Source of the DNA: Octopus vulgaris
Lineage: Eukaryota
Length of the DNA: 124,000 bases
Assembly (NCBI GenBank): GCA_951406725.2
Contig: OX597818.1
Coordinates: 27,796,001 to 27,920,000 of the forward strand
Direction: 5' to 3'
Below are positions 1 through 95,830 of the stretch, piece by piece. The stretch's first letter is position 1, and every line of letters starts with the position of its first letter. A model generated the notes under the pieces. That model did no database searches. It was not told where the DNA came from and saw only the letters and a list, made by a program, of their open reading frames with translations. The position numbers were made by a program, and so were the translations under genes.

Positions 1-585
1 ATTAAGTTTTAAACAGCATATATACTGGAGACCTGCTTTTCTATATTATACTCCAATGATCTCTGATCTTTCAAAAAACTGGTGAATGCTTAGTTATGCT
101 TTACATTAGCAAAACCTTGAATTGTGTCTGAGTAGAAATATCTATCTTTTAGTATCCATCTATCTCATCTCATGAATTGGAAGTTTCTGATCAGTCTACT
201 CTTTTACAACATGTATTAATATAACAATCTCTGAACCACATTCTTGTATGCATTGAAGTTCAATTATGTATTCACATAAACATTGTTCTGCCTGTTTCTT
301 CTAACAAAAGGCTGCTATACACATTATATCCCTTTTTACTCCTGCTCAACTTTCCACACAACCTTGATACATAAGAACAGACTTATAATTCTTTCATGAA
401 CAGAGGCTTTTAAATCATCCTCTAATGGAAACATAACATGATGACATTTGTTTTTAGTATCATCAAACATAATCACAGCACATGTTAAAGAACAGACTTG
501 CAACACTACGCCTTTTCTATGCTTGAGTAAAACAGCTAAAACTCTCAAAACTGCTAAGTCTCAAATGATATTTCACAGTAAATAC

Positions 586-634
<49 letters not shown>

Positions 635-789
635 ATATCTATAAAAGGGAGGATGTGTGTGCGTGTGTATGTGTATGTGATTGTAATTTATGCACATCCA
701 CAAATTAGCACACATGTCACTCAAATTTTAGGAAGACATTTGTCAACATACTATCTGGGTTTTGTCAACTTATTTTTTTCCCAAGGCAC

Positions 790-1850
790 CCGCGGATAGG
801 GTAAAAATCTATTTTCAACCATAGCTTTTAACCATAACAAATATCAGCCATTGCTTTTTGATGGCGTCTAACAAAAAAAAAAGAAAAAGAAAAGTGGAAG
901 GAGGCAGTGAGTTTCACAAGAAAGACAAAGTGAGAGAGAGAGAGAGAGAGAGCCATTGCGTTTTTGACAGCGTCTAACAAAAAGAAATGAGATAAAGAAA
1001 AGTGGAAGAAGGAGGCAGAGAGTTTCACAAGAAAGACAAAGTGAGAGAGGGAGAGAGAATGGAAGAAGGAGGCAGAGAGTTTCACGGGAAAGACAAAGTG
1101 AGAGAGGGAGAGAGTAAGTGACTACGTTCATAAAAAATAAAATGTAAAATGTTTTGTTTTTTGTTTTTGAAAGGCACACTATATTTTATAATCATAGTAT
1201 ATATACTTTCTCACACAACAATTACAATAAATTTATTTTAAATCGTTCACCTTTCTCTTCCCTCTCTCTCACACATATTACTTTGGGTGCGAAAGAGTTT
1301 TGTTTTTATTTTATGCCGAGTAAAAAAGTGTTTTGTTGACAATCCATTTATTTAACAACAAAGAAACAAAGAGGTGAGTAACAATTTGTCAGTGAATTAC
1401 ACAATATAAATGGGTACAATTTGTGAGGCTTCCACCACACCCCACTCCATTTCACGAACCACAAAGAGGGTTTTGAGGCCAGAGTAGTTGATTCCATGCA
1501 AAAAAAAAAACGATTTTTTTTTCTTAGTGAAAATTGTGTGAGTGTTAATCTACAAATTTAACAACATTTTTTTCCATTCAGTTCTGTTTATGAACATATA
1601 TGCGTGCACAAAACATGCAGTAGGTGTATGTACGTGTGTGTATGTGTGTTCGTGTCTGTTGCCTATATATATTTATATTATATTATATATATATATGATA
1701 TATATAATATATATATATAATATAACTAATTTCAATGGGTTTCGCCCAAATTTGACATCTATATTATTTAGTTTGGTTTGAAATAAAGAACTTGATTAGC
1801 TTAATAATCGTAACTTAATCCCGGGCAAGGCTGGGTTATACTGCTAGTAT
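790..1850 (+). mobile_element. Non-autonomous Helitron-like element with internal ~60-bp purine-rich tandem repeat
   Basis: Ends in hairpin cccgggcaaggctggg then CTAGT; similar ends at 12838, 30065 and 84064. Confidence 0.45.
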
Positions 1851-4800
1851 ATATATATATATATATAATATTGTCAATACAACATTCCAAAGATTAAGCT
1901 TCCACTCTAGAGTCAGAAATTATTTCAGCTCTGACTAATTGATTATCCTCTCAGAAAAAAGCCCTCATTAGAATACTACTCTAATATGTGGTATAGTTTT
2001 GCTGATGCATGCACATACACACATTATTGACTGCATCTCTCAAAAGACTGACTGTGGGGGGATTCACTTACCAGCATGCTGCAACTAGGAACCTTCAAAT
2101 TTTCTGCTTCACCTCTTCTACAACTAGTTCTGCTCTAAATTAGTAAGTAGCGTACTACTTCTGCCCACACTTATCTGATGATCCAAGCTATCCTAGCCTC
2201 ATTATCTTTGGTCTTATTCCTAAACCCTGTATTAATTCCTTCTGTCCTTTTATTTCAGAACTGAAAGTCTATGAAACTCCCTCCTCAATATTTTTCCTGC
2301 TGGCATAAATTTGCAGGAAATCAAATTGAGCATTAGCAACCTAACAAAGAAATTCTGCAAGTGTCATAGATATTGTTCCTCCTCTTCTAAATAAAATTTG
2401 CTCATAAATTACATTATTCACTACAGCAAAATAAGTTTTTGATAACATCACAGTTTATATTGCAGTTTTAATTGTAATTAATTTTCAACATTTCAGTTCA
2501 GCTCTATCAAGCTTTATCAAGCTTAATCAATGGTAAACAATATTTCTATTCAAATTGATAGAGCTCAGATTTGTTTCAGTCTGTGTGAAGGTTTACAGTT
2601 GTACATTTTCTTATAAAAGTTGCTCTTGTTTTATCATATAGTTCATATATAAATGTTATTTATCTCAACATCATGATATCTAGAACTAAAATAATACCTA
2701 CTATGTTCATTATATGTTTTATTGTTTGCATCATATAAGTGGAATTATAGCTGCGGTGGTACATGCCTATTGTGAGAGGTATGCTATACTGATACATATG
2801 ACTTGAAATATACCGTCTGGTTTTAGAGATACTAGAAATTAGAGGAGGTGGGTTGAATGCCTCACTCAACAGGAAGTGCTACTACATATAGAAAGTATTT
2901 TAAGATTTGAAGTTATCATAGTTTAATGTTTAATTATTGCTGTTGTTGCTCAGCTTTAAGTCAATCTTATGAAGAAAACCTATAGCATTAGGAAGGCCAA
3001 CTAGCTGTGACAAACCATGCCAAAAGAGACAGAGTAGCTTAGTGCAGTTCTCCACTAATTGTCCTACTGATGCCAGCATGAAAAACAGATCTTAAATGAT
3101 AATGATGATGATGATGATGTTATTGATCATCCTGTCCTTTTGTATATACAGCATTACCTTGTTCAATGTATCCCCCTTTTTTTGTTTACCAGACATTTGG
3201 ATTTGATTTGAAATCTATGACAATTCTAGCAGATTGAATGACTATTCAACACTTCCATCCTTGGTTCATATATTTAACTGTTTCCATAATTGTAAATTTC
3301 TTTTTCTGTTTAAGAAAAAGGAATTTATTGTGACATAGAGGGACAGGTAATCATGTAAAGTGTATGGATGTATAAAAATATACAGTGAAAGAAAAAGAAT
3401 AACTCATTAAGAGATGAGTGTATTTATTCAGTTTTCATTATTTAACATTGAACCCACTGGCCTTGAATTCCATTACCAATAATATGTGCCTATATCCAAT
3501 CAAACTAGTATTCTGTTTTGCCACATATTTCTGTTTAGACCTGGTGCACATGCTTTCTGCACCAGTCAATGATCATTTTACATTGCTGTTACAGCTTGTG
3601 TTCTGAATAAAGGTATCACTGTGGCTTTTGTGAAGTTTGTGCGAGGCTTGGGGGGAAAATATGTTGTATTTAAAATCTGACATCAGTCAGTTAATTATTC
3701 AATTTTTAGTCATTACATGGAGCATCAGAAAGGTTTTGATAATAACCATGAAAGTGATTTTGAAAGCATATTACCCAGCAGATAAAGATAGCATGCTAGA
3801 TGCTGTTTCTCTACAAAATGTACAAATTATATATGAGAAGTAGTCTCAGATTGCAGAAGAAGGGGTGTGGTGGTACTCCTAATAGGTTACTTTGAGATTT
3901 GTAATAACAATTGTTTTCTAATGATTTCAAACCTACAGAGATCTTGTGTCTAAAAATATTCTTGATAATCTTACTGCAGGATTAGCTAATCCTGTGAATT
4001 ATTTGATCCAGTTGTTCTGAATAGATGAAATTTGGTAGCTGTTAGTATATGAAACCAATAATCAAGCATTGCAAGTCAAAGCAGCTAATCCTAATAACTG
4101 CAATTCACTAACTATGTGAACGAAGATAACCTTGCTTTTGATAAAAATGATAAAATCGATAAATTTCATCTTGTGTTCACATATCTTTTGGAAAAACGGA
4201 AATATCACAAACTACAATGGAATCTGCCACTTGAAGAGAGGAGTATCAATACAAAGAATCAGTCAAAAAGATAATGTATCAAAAATAAATTCTTCATTTT
4301 CTGTTTATAATGGGTATATTCTTGTGTATTGAAACTGGAGATAATAACTACTGGAAAATTTGGTAATGAAAGACAGAAGACAAAAAAAGGGTGGTGTAAA
4401 GGATATCTCATTACAAATTAAACATAATTTATATTTATTACATTGTTAGCATCATGGACAAAATGTGAAGCAGCATTTCATTCATCTTTCTGTTCTGAGT
4501 TTAAATTTTCTAGAGATTGACTTTGCCTTTTCATTCTTTCAAGGTCATTAAAATAAATACCGGTTGAGCACTGGCTTCAATGTAATCAATCAGCTCCCTC
4601 TCCCAAAATTTCAGACCTTGTGTCTATGGTTGAAAAGATTGTATTTATTACATTTTGTCCAGTTGAATTTGCTAATATTTTTTCAGTTTTTCAGTTTTTC
4701 TGTGATTTTCATGTAGATGTCTACAGTGTTGTACGCCTTGTTAGGATTCAAAGAATTAAACAACTTTCATAATAAATGATAGGAAAATGTTTCATGAAGT

Positions 4801-4853
4801 TTCTTAAAAAATTTTCACCATGTGATTTAAAAAAAATTTATTTATTTTTATAG

Positions 4854-85465
<80,612 letters not shown>

Positions 85466-86536
85466 AGGTCCATGTTTTCAGATGAACAAGAAGAACCTAG
85501 AACCTTGTAATATAGTAAATAACTCCTAGAACTGAATTAAATCGTGAGGGCAACCTAAGTCAGTCTCCTTGACATCATTTCATCGACACTTCTTGCAATC
85601 ACTACAGATTTGAACTAAATGCCTGATACCACCATAACATTATTGATCTCGGTTATATTCTGTAACTACATTGTTTTTGTATTCACAGCATCATAAAATT
85701 CTTGATTTATTTTAAACTTTCATGAATGTCTATCTATAATTAAACATTTGCACCAATGAAGTAAACTCAGTTAAATTTCTGTATTTCATTCCTCTTATAC
85801 GAGTCATCATCTGTTCAACATAATATGGAGATTTAACAACATGGCTATGAATATCATTGATTTTTCAAATATATTTTGGAATAATCCCTTAAAAAATTTT
85901 AAGAATTTGAATTCATCCCAATTTTCTACAAATGAGCAGCAATTATGATTGTGTTTTTGTTCATGTTAAACATATTCTTGAAACTATTTATAACTTCATG
86001 ATCAAAGTTTCTGATATTCATTTTACAGAAGTTCTTTATATACTTTCTACTATTTTACTTCATTAGTAGACTATTTTACTTTCTAAGATACAAGAACTTC
86101 ACTACTTTACTAACTTTTTTCTAAGATACAAGAACATTCGAATCTAAATTCTAAAACACATATTTGTAAAAGAAATCAAACTTGCAGCTTGTACATAAGT
86201 AAATGCATGTGCAAATATTTATCCAGATTCAGCAGACTCTCTCTTATATCTTACTACAGAATGAATAAATGAATTGATATTTAAATGATATTTTTTTTTT
86301 GTGCTTCAGTTGGCTGAAAGCATATACTATGGTCTGTATAGACTCTCAAAACATGTAAAATTAATGCTTGTACATCAGCTGTATTCAGCTTGTATATCGG
86401 TGTCAATATATATAGAAAGGCATGGACAAGAAAGAAATTCTAGAGTATTAATTTTCTGAGAAGGAATGACTGAAGTATTATTTGATCCAGAATAAGAAAA
86501 CCAGTCACTGGAATGCAGTTTTAGGTATACTTATAT

Positions 86537-87412
86537 ATGAGGTGGTATCAAAGGGCTTCCAGATTAGTTGTTTAATAAAAAATAGTTAAACAAAGTTTTA
86601 ACATCATCTTCTTTGAAATAGTCATCTAGCACAGCATTACATCAGTCCCAGTGTTCTTGCCACTTTTGGAATTTGGCCTGAAAGTTGTTTTCCAAAAGCA
86701 AGTTAAGGACCTTCTGAAGTTCACTCTAGATCTCAACAACAGTGTTAAATCATTGACCTTTGAGCTGTATTTTCATCTTGGGGAAGAGATGGAAGTATGC
86801 AGGTGCAGAAGCAATACCATGTTGTTTTTGGTGAGAAACTCATGAGCGAGGTGAGCTCAGTGACAGGGTGCATCATTGTCATGAAGAATCCAATTCTTTG
86901 CACTCCATGGATCCGGCCACTTTTGCTGAATGTCCTCCTTCAAATGCTTCAAAATGTCACAGTAGAACTCTTGATTGATGGTCTGGCCCTGGGGGATGAA
87001 TTCTCAATACACAATACCACGTCTCTTGGGGTGACACTTGTAGCAGATCTTCCAGGGATATTCTTCCACTTTTGAAGCAAAGTACCCATATCACTCAAAA
87101 CATTGCATACAACCCATTGCCTTGTCACTGTAAAGTTGCTGAAGCATGCTCAATGTCTCTGTAGCAGACTTCCCAAGTTTAACACAAAATTTCACATTGG
87201 CTCTTTGTTCCTGTTTATGAGAAAATCACAGACTACAGCATACATGTAACCACAAAAACATGAATTTCAGAACTTGCAAAGTAAACACAGTGATGTCACT
87301 CAGCACAATGCTTCAGGGAGGTCACTGCTAACTCTTACTTCACACATAACCATATGCTACTATCTGTTGGTGCACTACAGAACTAGTCCAGGGACTTTTT
87401 GATGCCACCTTG
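86537..87412 (-). mobile_element. Internally deleted mariner with imperfect ~30-bp TIRs
   Basis: TIR gaggtggtatcaaa versus tttgatgccacctt; transposase remnant EFYCDILKHLKEDI. Confidence 0.7.
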
Positions 87413-89208
87413 TGTGTAAGGATCAATGGGAAAGATCATCAATGATTGTAGGTTTAACATCTGTTGTAATTTTGAGGGTTTTAACTGTGTTGTCCAAGAC
87501 TAGAGAGGTTGAAGTGTAAGATTGTTTCTTTGACTTAGTTTTAATCAGAGAATTTACACAGAAGGATTACTTTGCATTTGGATTGGTCACGATTTAACAT
87601 TTTTGAAAAATAGCAACACTTCAAATGTGGAAATAAGTTGGACAGAAATACAAAATTACATTAATTATGCAACTAAAATGGAGTCAAGAGATGTAGCAGG
87701 GCCAGAAAATTATTCAGGACTGACCAGTTGTGTTCAAGTAAGATTACATTGGATTACTAATCTCATATCTGCTAAATATGAGATTAGTAATACATATAAC
87801 TACAATATACTACAGCTATACACATACATGTACACATGCATATATAAACACATGCACACACAGATCATCTCTCTCTCTTTCTCTCTCACACACAGATCCA
87901 CTCTCTCTCTTTCTCTCTCACACACAGATCCACTATCTCTCTTTCCCCCTCTCTCTCTCTCTTTCTCTCTCTCACATATACACACACAAACACACACACA
88001 AGTTGTGCAGGATTGACTGGATGAAATTAATGACATTTAGTCTGAAAGATTGGTTGAGTGTTTGAAACAGTAACCAATGCACAATGAAGTGGTAACTGTT
88101 GTTTTATATTTTTATACTTGTCGTATCTGAAGGTAAGGGTAGTGCAGGACTTCTGAAATTGGTGACTTTGATGCTGTTAAAGTTCCATTTAATATGTTGC
88201 AAGGAGGGTGTAAGCAGGAAGAATAAGGCTGGTGTTCTGAGGAAGGTCTAAGTACAGTGGTTTGTTTCAGATCGGATGGGGTGGATGTATTAAGAGTGAT
88301 TAGAGGTGAAGAGATGACTAGGTCACTGATGTCTGAATGGTGAAATTACGAGATCAGCTAGTTTTGAGTGATTGAGGATATTAATGTAGCAAAAGACAGA
88401 GAGAAGAGACACTACATTTGTGGGCCAGTGACTAGTGCCTATCTTTCAATGATTGAATGTTATTTCGTCAAGTTGATCTTTGTGAATGTCTGTGTCCATA
88501 CTAGCAACATTGTTCCAAATGAGGGAACAGTATCCAGTGTGAACTTCACGTGAGGCCTTGTTGATTGTCAGATGTTGTTGGGGTCTGAAATATTTCCTAG
88601 CTCTGAAGGGAACAACTAGTACTTGGGACTTGGTTGTAGCTTTGCTAAGGATGTGCTTTCATCAGGTAAAGCCCAGCATTTCATAGTAAAGCCCAGCATT
88701 TGAAGGTACTGAAAGGGTATGAGCAGAGAGGGAGTATGGTGCAGCAGGTTTTTCTTGATATTAGAAGTGCTGACATTTTCATTTTTTTTTTTCTATTAAA
88801 AAAGAGAAAGTTAGCAAGTCTCCTCTGAAAAATCCTCTCAATGACCCCATTTATGGAAGCAGTGCAAGTTTTGCTCTATAAAGTCATGTTTATATGTGGC
88901 TGATCCATGGTTGGAGAAAGTTAGGGAGGTTTAACAGGTTATGTTATCTGTATAAGAGTAAATTTGTTGGATGTGGGGTAAAATAGGTTTTGATGTATAC
89001 GCAGAAGAGAATTAGGTAACAAAAGTAAATCTTGGATAGCACCAGAATTGATTGAGAGTAGAGCACAAAGAGCTCCATCAACATGTGTCATGAACAGCAT
89101 CCAAGAGATGAGATGATTGAGTCCATAGACAGGATGTTTAGATAGGTAATCATATGCAAAAGGAGTAAAGGCACAGAGAATTGGTAAAGTGTTCCTTTAG
89201 AATAACAC

Positions 89209-90130
89209 TTCTTGTACTTCTTCATTAGAAGCAAATAATGGTTTCGAAGCTAAGTACTGTCATGGAGGTCTTAATTGAGGAGGGATATAGCCTGTTTGAT
89301 ATCTGTAGAAGGCTACACATTGTTTACAGAGATAACACCATGGATAAGAGCAATGTACACAGATGGATGAAGAAGATTAATGAAAAGAAAACCAGCACTG
89401 AAAACCACACAGTTAGAGACCATAAACTATTACTACTGACTCAAATCACCAGTGAATAGATGAATTGATTCAGGCAAACAGATGGGTTACAATCCATAAA
89501 CTTGCTGAACAACTGGACTGTGGTGAGAGTGCACTGAAAACGATAATGGTAGACTTTAGATAACAGAAAGTATGAGCAGAATGGGTTCCTCAACAGTTTT
89601 GATATAATTTGAAGATCGATCAAAACTGCTCTACTCTGCTGGAATCATTTCAAGCATTTGAAATCAATGAAGACATGCTTTATATGAAGAAAAAGAAAAA
89701 ATTCGAGTATGCGCTGACTTTTCAACAGGCTTGAACAAATGTTTGATGACATACAATTACCCATTACCAAGTCTAGAAGAAATTTTTGCAAAACTCAATG
89801 GAGGAAAATTATTTTCGAAGTTGGATTTGTCTGAGGTGTATTTACAGTTACAAGTCAAGGAGAAATGTTCAAAATTATTAACAATAAACACCCATAAAGG
89901 TTTATATAAATTCAGTCGACTTCCTTTTGGGATAAAGGTAGCACCTAGTATTTTCCAACAGGTGATGGACACTATGCTTATGGATACGGATTTCACTATA
90001 GCTTACTTGGATGACATACTCATAAAAAGTGAGTCTTTAGGAACATGTTAAAAAGGTCTTTGAAAGAATAAAGAATTATGAATTTAAACATAGCAAGGAA
90101 AAATGCGAAATTTTCATGCCAGAAATAAAG
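89209..90130 (+). mobile_element. Mariner N-terminal fragment joined to a Gypsy RT fragment
   Basis: DKSNVHRW HTH; RLPFGIKVAPSIFQ and AYLDDIL motifs. Confidence 0.8.
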
Positions 90131-90386
90131 GAAAGTGAAGCTCAAAAAGTGGAGATGTTGGGGTGAAATCCTGACACCCCTGCGGGATAGCAAGTGAACT
90201 GTCCTAAGCCTTATAAAGGTGCATGCATACTGACAGTGTGAGGTATAGTCTGGTGTGTGCAGTTGCATTTGTGATGACAGCTGTAGAAGTCATTGAGAAG
90301 AGACATAAGTTTGCTATGTATTTGTTACTGGTTTGGTTTTTGTAGTGTTATAACAGTTACAGAGTAGTCTATATCCAAACTCAAGG

Positions 90387-90483
<97 letters not shown>

Positions 90484-91299
90484 CTTCTCTACTCTAGGCA
90501 CAAAGCCTGAAATTTTGGGGGAGGGGGCCAGTCGATTAGATCGACCCCAGGATGCAACTGGTACTTAATTTATCAACCCCGAACAGATGAAAGGCAAAGT
90601 CGACCTCAGCGGAATTTGAACTCAGAATGTAAAGACAGACATGCTAATTTTTCTGCCAGCTCACTGCCTTAATAATAATAATAGTAAAAAATTTGTAACC
90701 CAAAGTAATTCTAATGTGGAATCTAAAGACAAGCAAAAGATCAGGAAATACAGGTAACTTGAATGTGAAGTTTAAAAACAGAAACATTTTCTATCATAGT
90801 AGGCACATTAGGTATGATAAAAAATATTCAGACAAATGCATAACAAATACATCAGGACTAACAAGTATATATAACATACAGAAAATAGCACTACTAGGCA
90901 CTGAGACATCCTACATAAAACACTTTCAATACAGTAAAAATAAGAGCATCACAACAAATCACAGCACATACCCAAGGCACACAGAGCTGAGCTTGGTAGT
91001 GCAGTGAAAGCACAACATAAAAATAAAACTACTGAATAATAATAATAATGATTATTTGCCGATATAATGTGGCAGTCCTGGTTAGGACAATTGTTACTGT
91101 TATTTAGCCCCAGGAAGCATCGTCTTCAGCTGGTTATATGACATACTATCTACATCCTTATATTTTCAAACAAGGTAGTTTAGTGTCCCCACTCAACACA
91201 AAGCAATGTCTGTATACCATTAGTTTCTGGGTTATTTCTCTTCATCAGCACAGAATAACCGCTTGGCTGAAGATGGCGCCACTAAATATATACTTTCCA

Positions 91300-93950
91300 A
91301 AGTGACACATAGTCACTGATCTAATAAAAGGAAGTACTGAAGATGAAAAACCTAATGCAGAGGAAGCTGCAAAGTTCTGGAGTAATATTTGGGATAAACC
91401 AGTCAATCATAATGGAGATACAGCATGGTTAAAGAAAGTGAAGGAAGAAGTAGTGAGTGAGAAGCAACCAAATCTAAGACTGACTAGTGCATTAATGAGT
91501 GAAGTGTTATGAAAAATGCTGAATTGGAAGGGCTCAGGACCAGATTTAGTTCAAAGGTACTGGCTAAAGAAATTCAGTTGTTTACATGGAAAGCTGTGGG
91601 AACAACTTCAGGATTACCTTAATAGAGGAATAATACCAGATTGGATGACTAAAGGGAGGACAATATTCATTATGAAGGATAAGAGCAAGTGTAATACAGC
91701 TAGCAACAATAGACCAGTCACTTGTTTACCATTAGTGTGGAAGCTGTTAACAGGAATGCTTTCAGAAAGTATTTACAAGCACCTAGACCACCAGAATTTA
91801 CTGCCAGAAAGATAGAAAGGTTGCAGGAAGAAGGCTAGATGAATGCATGATCTATTACATATATACAAATCAGTTCTAAATAAAGTAAAAACTAGAGAGA
91901 AAAATCTAACAATGACATGGATAGATTATAGGAAAGCCTATGAGATGATTTCACACTCATGGATAAGTGAATGCTTAAGTATATTCAGTATAACAGACAA
92001 CATAAGAGAATTAATTAGCTTTAGAAATGGAAAGTAGATCTCTACTCAGGTGACACACTCTTTGGGAAAGTTAAGTTCAAAAGAGGAATTTTCCAAGAGG
92101 ACTTGTTATTCCCTTTAATATTTGTCTTATGTTTGATCCCCCTCCGTTTAGTATTAAGAAAGGCTAAAGTAGGATATCAGCTCAGAAATAGTAACGGAAA
92201 AATTAACCATTTGCACTACATGAATGATCAGAAACTTTTTAGTATGAATGAAAAAGAGATAGAATTCTTGATACAGACTGTAAGACTCTTCAGCAAAGAT
92301 ACAGGCATGGAATTTGGCATAGATAAGTGTGCAATATTAGTCATGAGAAGGGGGCAGATAGTCAACAACAAAGGCATCCAATTACCAGATGGCCAGACAT
92401 TAAAATCATTGAAAGGAGGAGTTATAAGTAACTAGGAGTATTAGAATTTGACAGAGTACTAATTACAGAAATGAAAATGAAAATTGAGAAGGAGTACATC
92501 AGAAGGGTGAGGAAGCTAATGAAGTCAAAACTGAATGGTCCAAGTCTAGTGAATCTATGCCAGAAACTGAATTAGCAAAGCTAGACAGAAGAACTAGGAA
92601 GGAATTCAATATGAATGGAGGATGCCACCCAAGGGCATGAGTAGCAAGATTATAACTACCTAGAAAGGAAGGTGGAAGAGGGTTAATATCAATAGAAGAT
92701 TGCATGGAGTTAGCCGCAGTAGATATAAACTCCTACGTAGGTAAAAATGAAGAAAGTTTATTAAAAGCTGCTAGAGTCACAGCAAGACAGGGAAATCAAA
92801 ACACCAAACGAAATTAAAAACCAGAAATTACCTGACTGGCAGGAAAAAGCATTGAATGATAGATTCCCAAAGACAGTTTCAGCAAGTAGTAGTAGTGTGA
92901 CATGGTTATAGCTGCAGAAAGGAAAGCCAAAGAGGGATTCAGAAAGTTTGTTAGTCACTGCATAAGATCAAGCATTAAGGACTAATTGGGTAAACGCCAA
93001 GATAGACAAAAACCAAAAGGGACAAATGAAGAAAATGGATACCAAGACCAGAAAATGTTGACAGTACATGGAGCCTTCCACCCTAAGAGTGATACTGATA
93101 GGCTGTACATGTCCAGAAGAAAGAATGGGAGAGGTTTGATCAGTTGCCAGGACTGTACTGAAGCAGAGGAAAACAGCCTAGAATGGTATATAAAAAATGC
93201 TTTGCAGCCACTGTTGGAAAATATGCAGAAGGCCAGCATCATCAAAACTGAAAATTGTATAACTAAAGAAAAATTTAAGCAAGAAAGAATAAATGAAAAT
93301 GCATGGAAGAAAAAAAAATGTACAGTCAGTTTGCAAGAGATGTGAATGCCAAGACAGATTGAGAGGACCGGTGGCTATGAAAGAGGAGGAGTGACCTGAA
93401 GATAGAGACAGAAGCATTTATATGTTCAGCTCAGGAACAAGCATTAAGGGCTAATTATATGAAGTGCAGAACTAACAACACTCCCAGTAGCGACAAATGC
93501 AGAATGTGTGGTGAGAGGAGGGAAACAGTATGACACATCATTAGCAGATGCTTGAAACTGGCACAAAGCGAATACAAATGACACTATAACAATGTAACAA
93601 GAATGATCCATTGGGAGCTCTGAGGAAATGACGGCCTACAAAGAGTGAAGATGTAGTATGAGCAAACCCCAGAAGGAGTCACTGAAAATGAGAACTACAA
93701 ACTCCTGTGGGGTGTAATGATCCAGTGCAATCACCTGACCACAAATAGGAAACTGGACATTGTTGTGGTGAATAAAAAAGAAAGAACATATATGGTTATT
93801 GACATAGCATGCCTTGGTGACAGCAGGATCAGTGTGAAAGAAGAAAAAATAAACAACTATGACAATTTAAAGTGAGGAATCCGAAGGTTGTGGTCAATGA
93901 AGAGAGTACACATGATGCCAATAGTAATTGGTGCACTTGGAAGTATCAAC
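91300..93950 (+). mobile_element. Degraded R4/Dong-like non-LTR element (RT and REL endonuclease)
   Basis: RPVTCLP, FGIDKC, CRMCG, KLDIVV motifs; lies near (AAT)n. Confidence 0.82.
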
Positions 93951-95442
93951 GTAATGAGTTTTCCTGTTGTTTGATTAGCTGAACTAGTCATTCATTGAAT
94001 TATATTGTAAGTGGCTGAGTATTCCACAGATATATGTATTCTTAGTATAATCTTTAAGCAGAATCAGCACATTACTGAGAGTGAGCAGTATTACTGGTCC
94101 AGCCAATTGGATGAGGTTTCACACAGCTTCTGTCTACCCAGTTTCTCTCTCAAGGATTTGGTCAAGTTGAAACTATGGTAAAAGGCACTTGTCCAAGACT
94201 CCACAGAGTAGCATTGAATCTGGGATCTCATGATTTGGAAGGGAACTTCATAACCACTTAGCCATACCTTTTTCCATACATACACTACAAACATGCATTA
94301 ACACACACATACACACACACACACACACACACAAACATATACACGTTGACTTTATTATGACACTATAATACTCACAGTGAAATTTAATAAAAGAAGCTAT
94401 AAACTTCTGAATTTATGTTGTTTCAATTAAATTATCTTGGAAATGTAGCTGATAGTTACAAAATAGTTAATTATTTTTATTATCTTTTCTCCCCTCAAAC
94501 TTTAACTTTTAGACATTATCAAACAAAAAAAATCTAGTTTTCCTTCTTGATATGCTTTAATAGTCACAGAAGATAGATATTTGAGACTGAAATCCATATA
94601 TCCATATATGATGTATAGAATGTTAGTAATTGTAGATTATCTGAAAGCCTATCCTTTATTTTTAGTCATTATGACAATTATTAACTGAATTTGATTTTCT
94701 AAAATAAGCATAAAATAATTGTTTGAGATTACAAGTAGAATGATGTGTGTTGGTGAATTTCCCCACAGTGACCTTGACTTAAGTAGATCAATTGAAACCA
94801 TTATAAATTATATGGCTATGTGTTTTAACAATTGTTACAACAACAATGAATTTAACTTATATATGAAAGATAATTTGCTAGTTCCTGAATAAACCTCATG
94901 TTTCACTACTAAGAATATCCACAATGTACTCATTAGCTGTTTAAGTTATTTATTTATATTCATCCATTTATTTAGAATACAAATCAATGGTCAGTTACTG
95001 ACCATTCAATGTTGGAGTGATTGATATATCTGTTTGTTGTCTTGATTCGGTAATCCTATTCAACTCTAACTTCTCAGCTACCATGTCCCAATAATCTGCT
95101 GTCATTAGTTGAAACGTTAGCATTAGAAAAGATAACAGTTGCTCTAAATATTCTTCCAGATTTGTACATCTAAAATCAAATAAACTAATCTTGAAAAGAT
95201 ATCAGATTAAAAATTTTCAGAAGAAGCAAAAACAAACATATATAATCAACTTTTAAAGTATAAATCTCCATTAATTTTTTAAGGTTCATTTATATTACAT
95301 TGTTCAGGAAATAGTGTCTGGTTTTTTGAAAACATTTTTTCAAATTCGATTTAAGATGATATTTTTGTTATGTTTTAGATGAAATTTTATGTGCTTAATA
95401 ATTGCTGTGCATTCTTTAATAAATTCTTATTTATTTCTTTCA

Positions 95443-95830
95443 GAATATAATTTTGGAGTGTAGAAATCCTGAGGAAAGAAGAATGCATTTACTTTTTTCG
95501 CATGAATTCGAGCTTGGACATAATGCTTCCCAAACAACCACCAATATCAAAAGAGCATGAGGTGAAGGATCCACTAGTGATTGGAAAGTACAACAGTAGT
95601 TTGAGAGAGTCCATAGTGGGGATGAGACTCTTGAAGATCAAGAAGGTAGAGGACATTTATTCACCCTTGATGATCAGCTTTTGAAAACAATTGTCAAACA
95701 AAATACACTACAAAGTATCAGAGAAATGTCTCATATGCTTGGTGTCAGTGCTTCAACAGTATCAGATCACATCAAAAAAATTGGCAAAGTGAAAAACTTG
95801 ATAAATGGGTCCCACATGACCGCAATGAAA
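95443..95830 (+). mobile_element. Mariner transposase N-terminal remnant
   Basis: HEFELGHNAS..LEDQEGRG..TVSDHIKKIGKVK with stops. Confidence 0.72.

Noticed and set aside
4132-4332. ORF containing WKNG as a possible upstream Ig exon
   Set aside because: No convincing splice sites or Ig cysteine spacing.
95443-95830. Apparent exon after a strong ttttcag acceptor
   Set aside because: The sequence is a mariner transposase remnant with in-frame stops.
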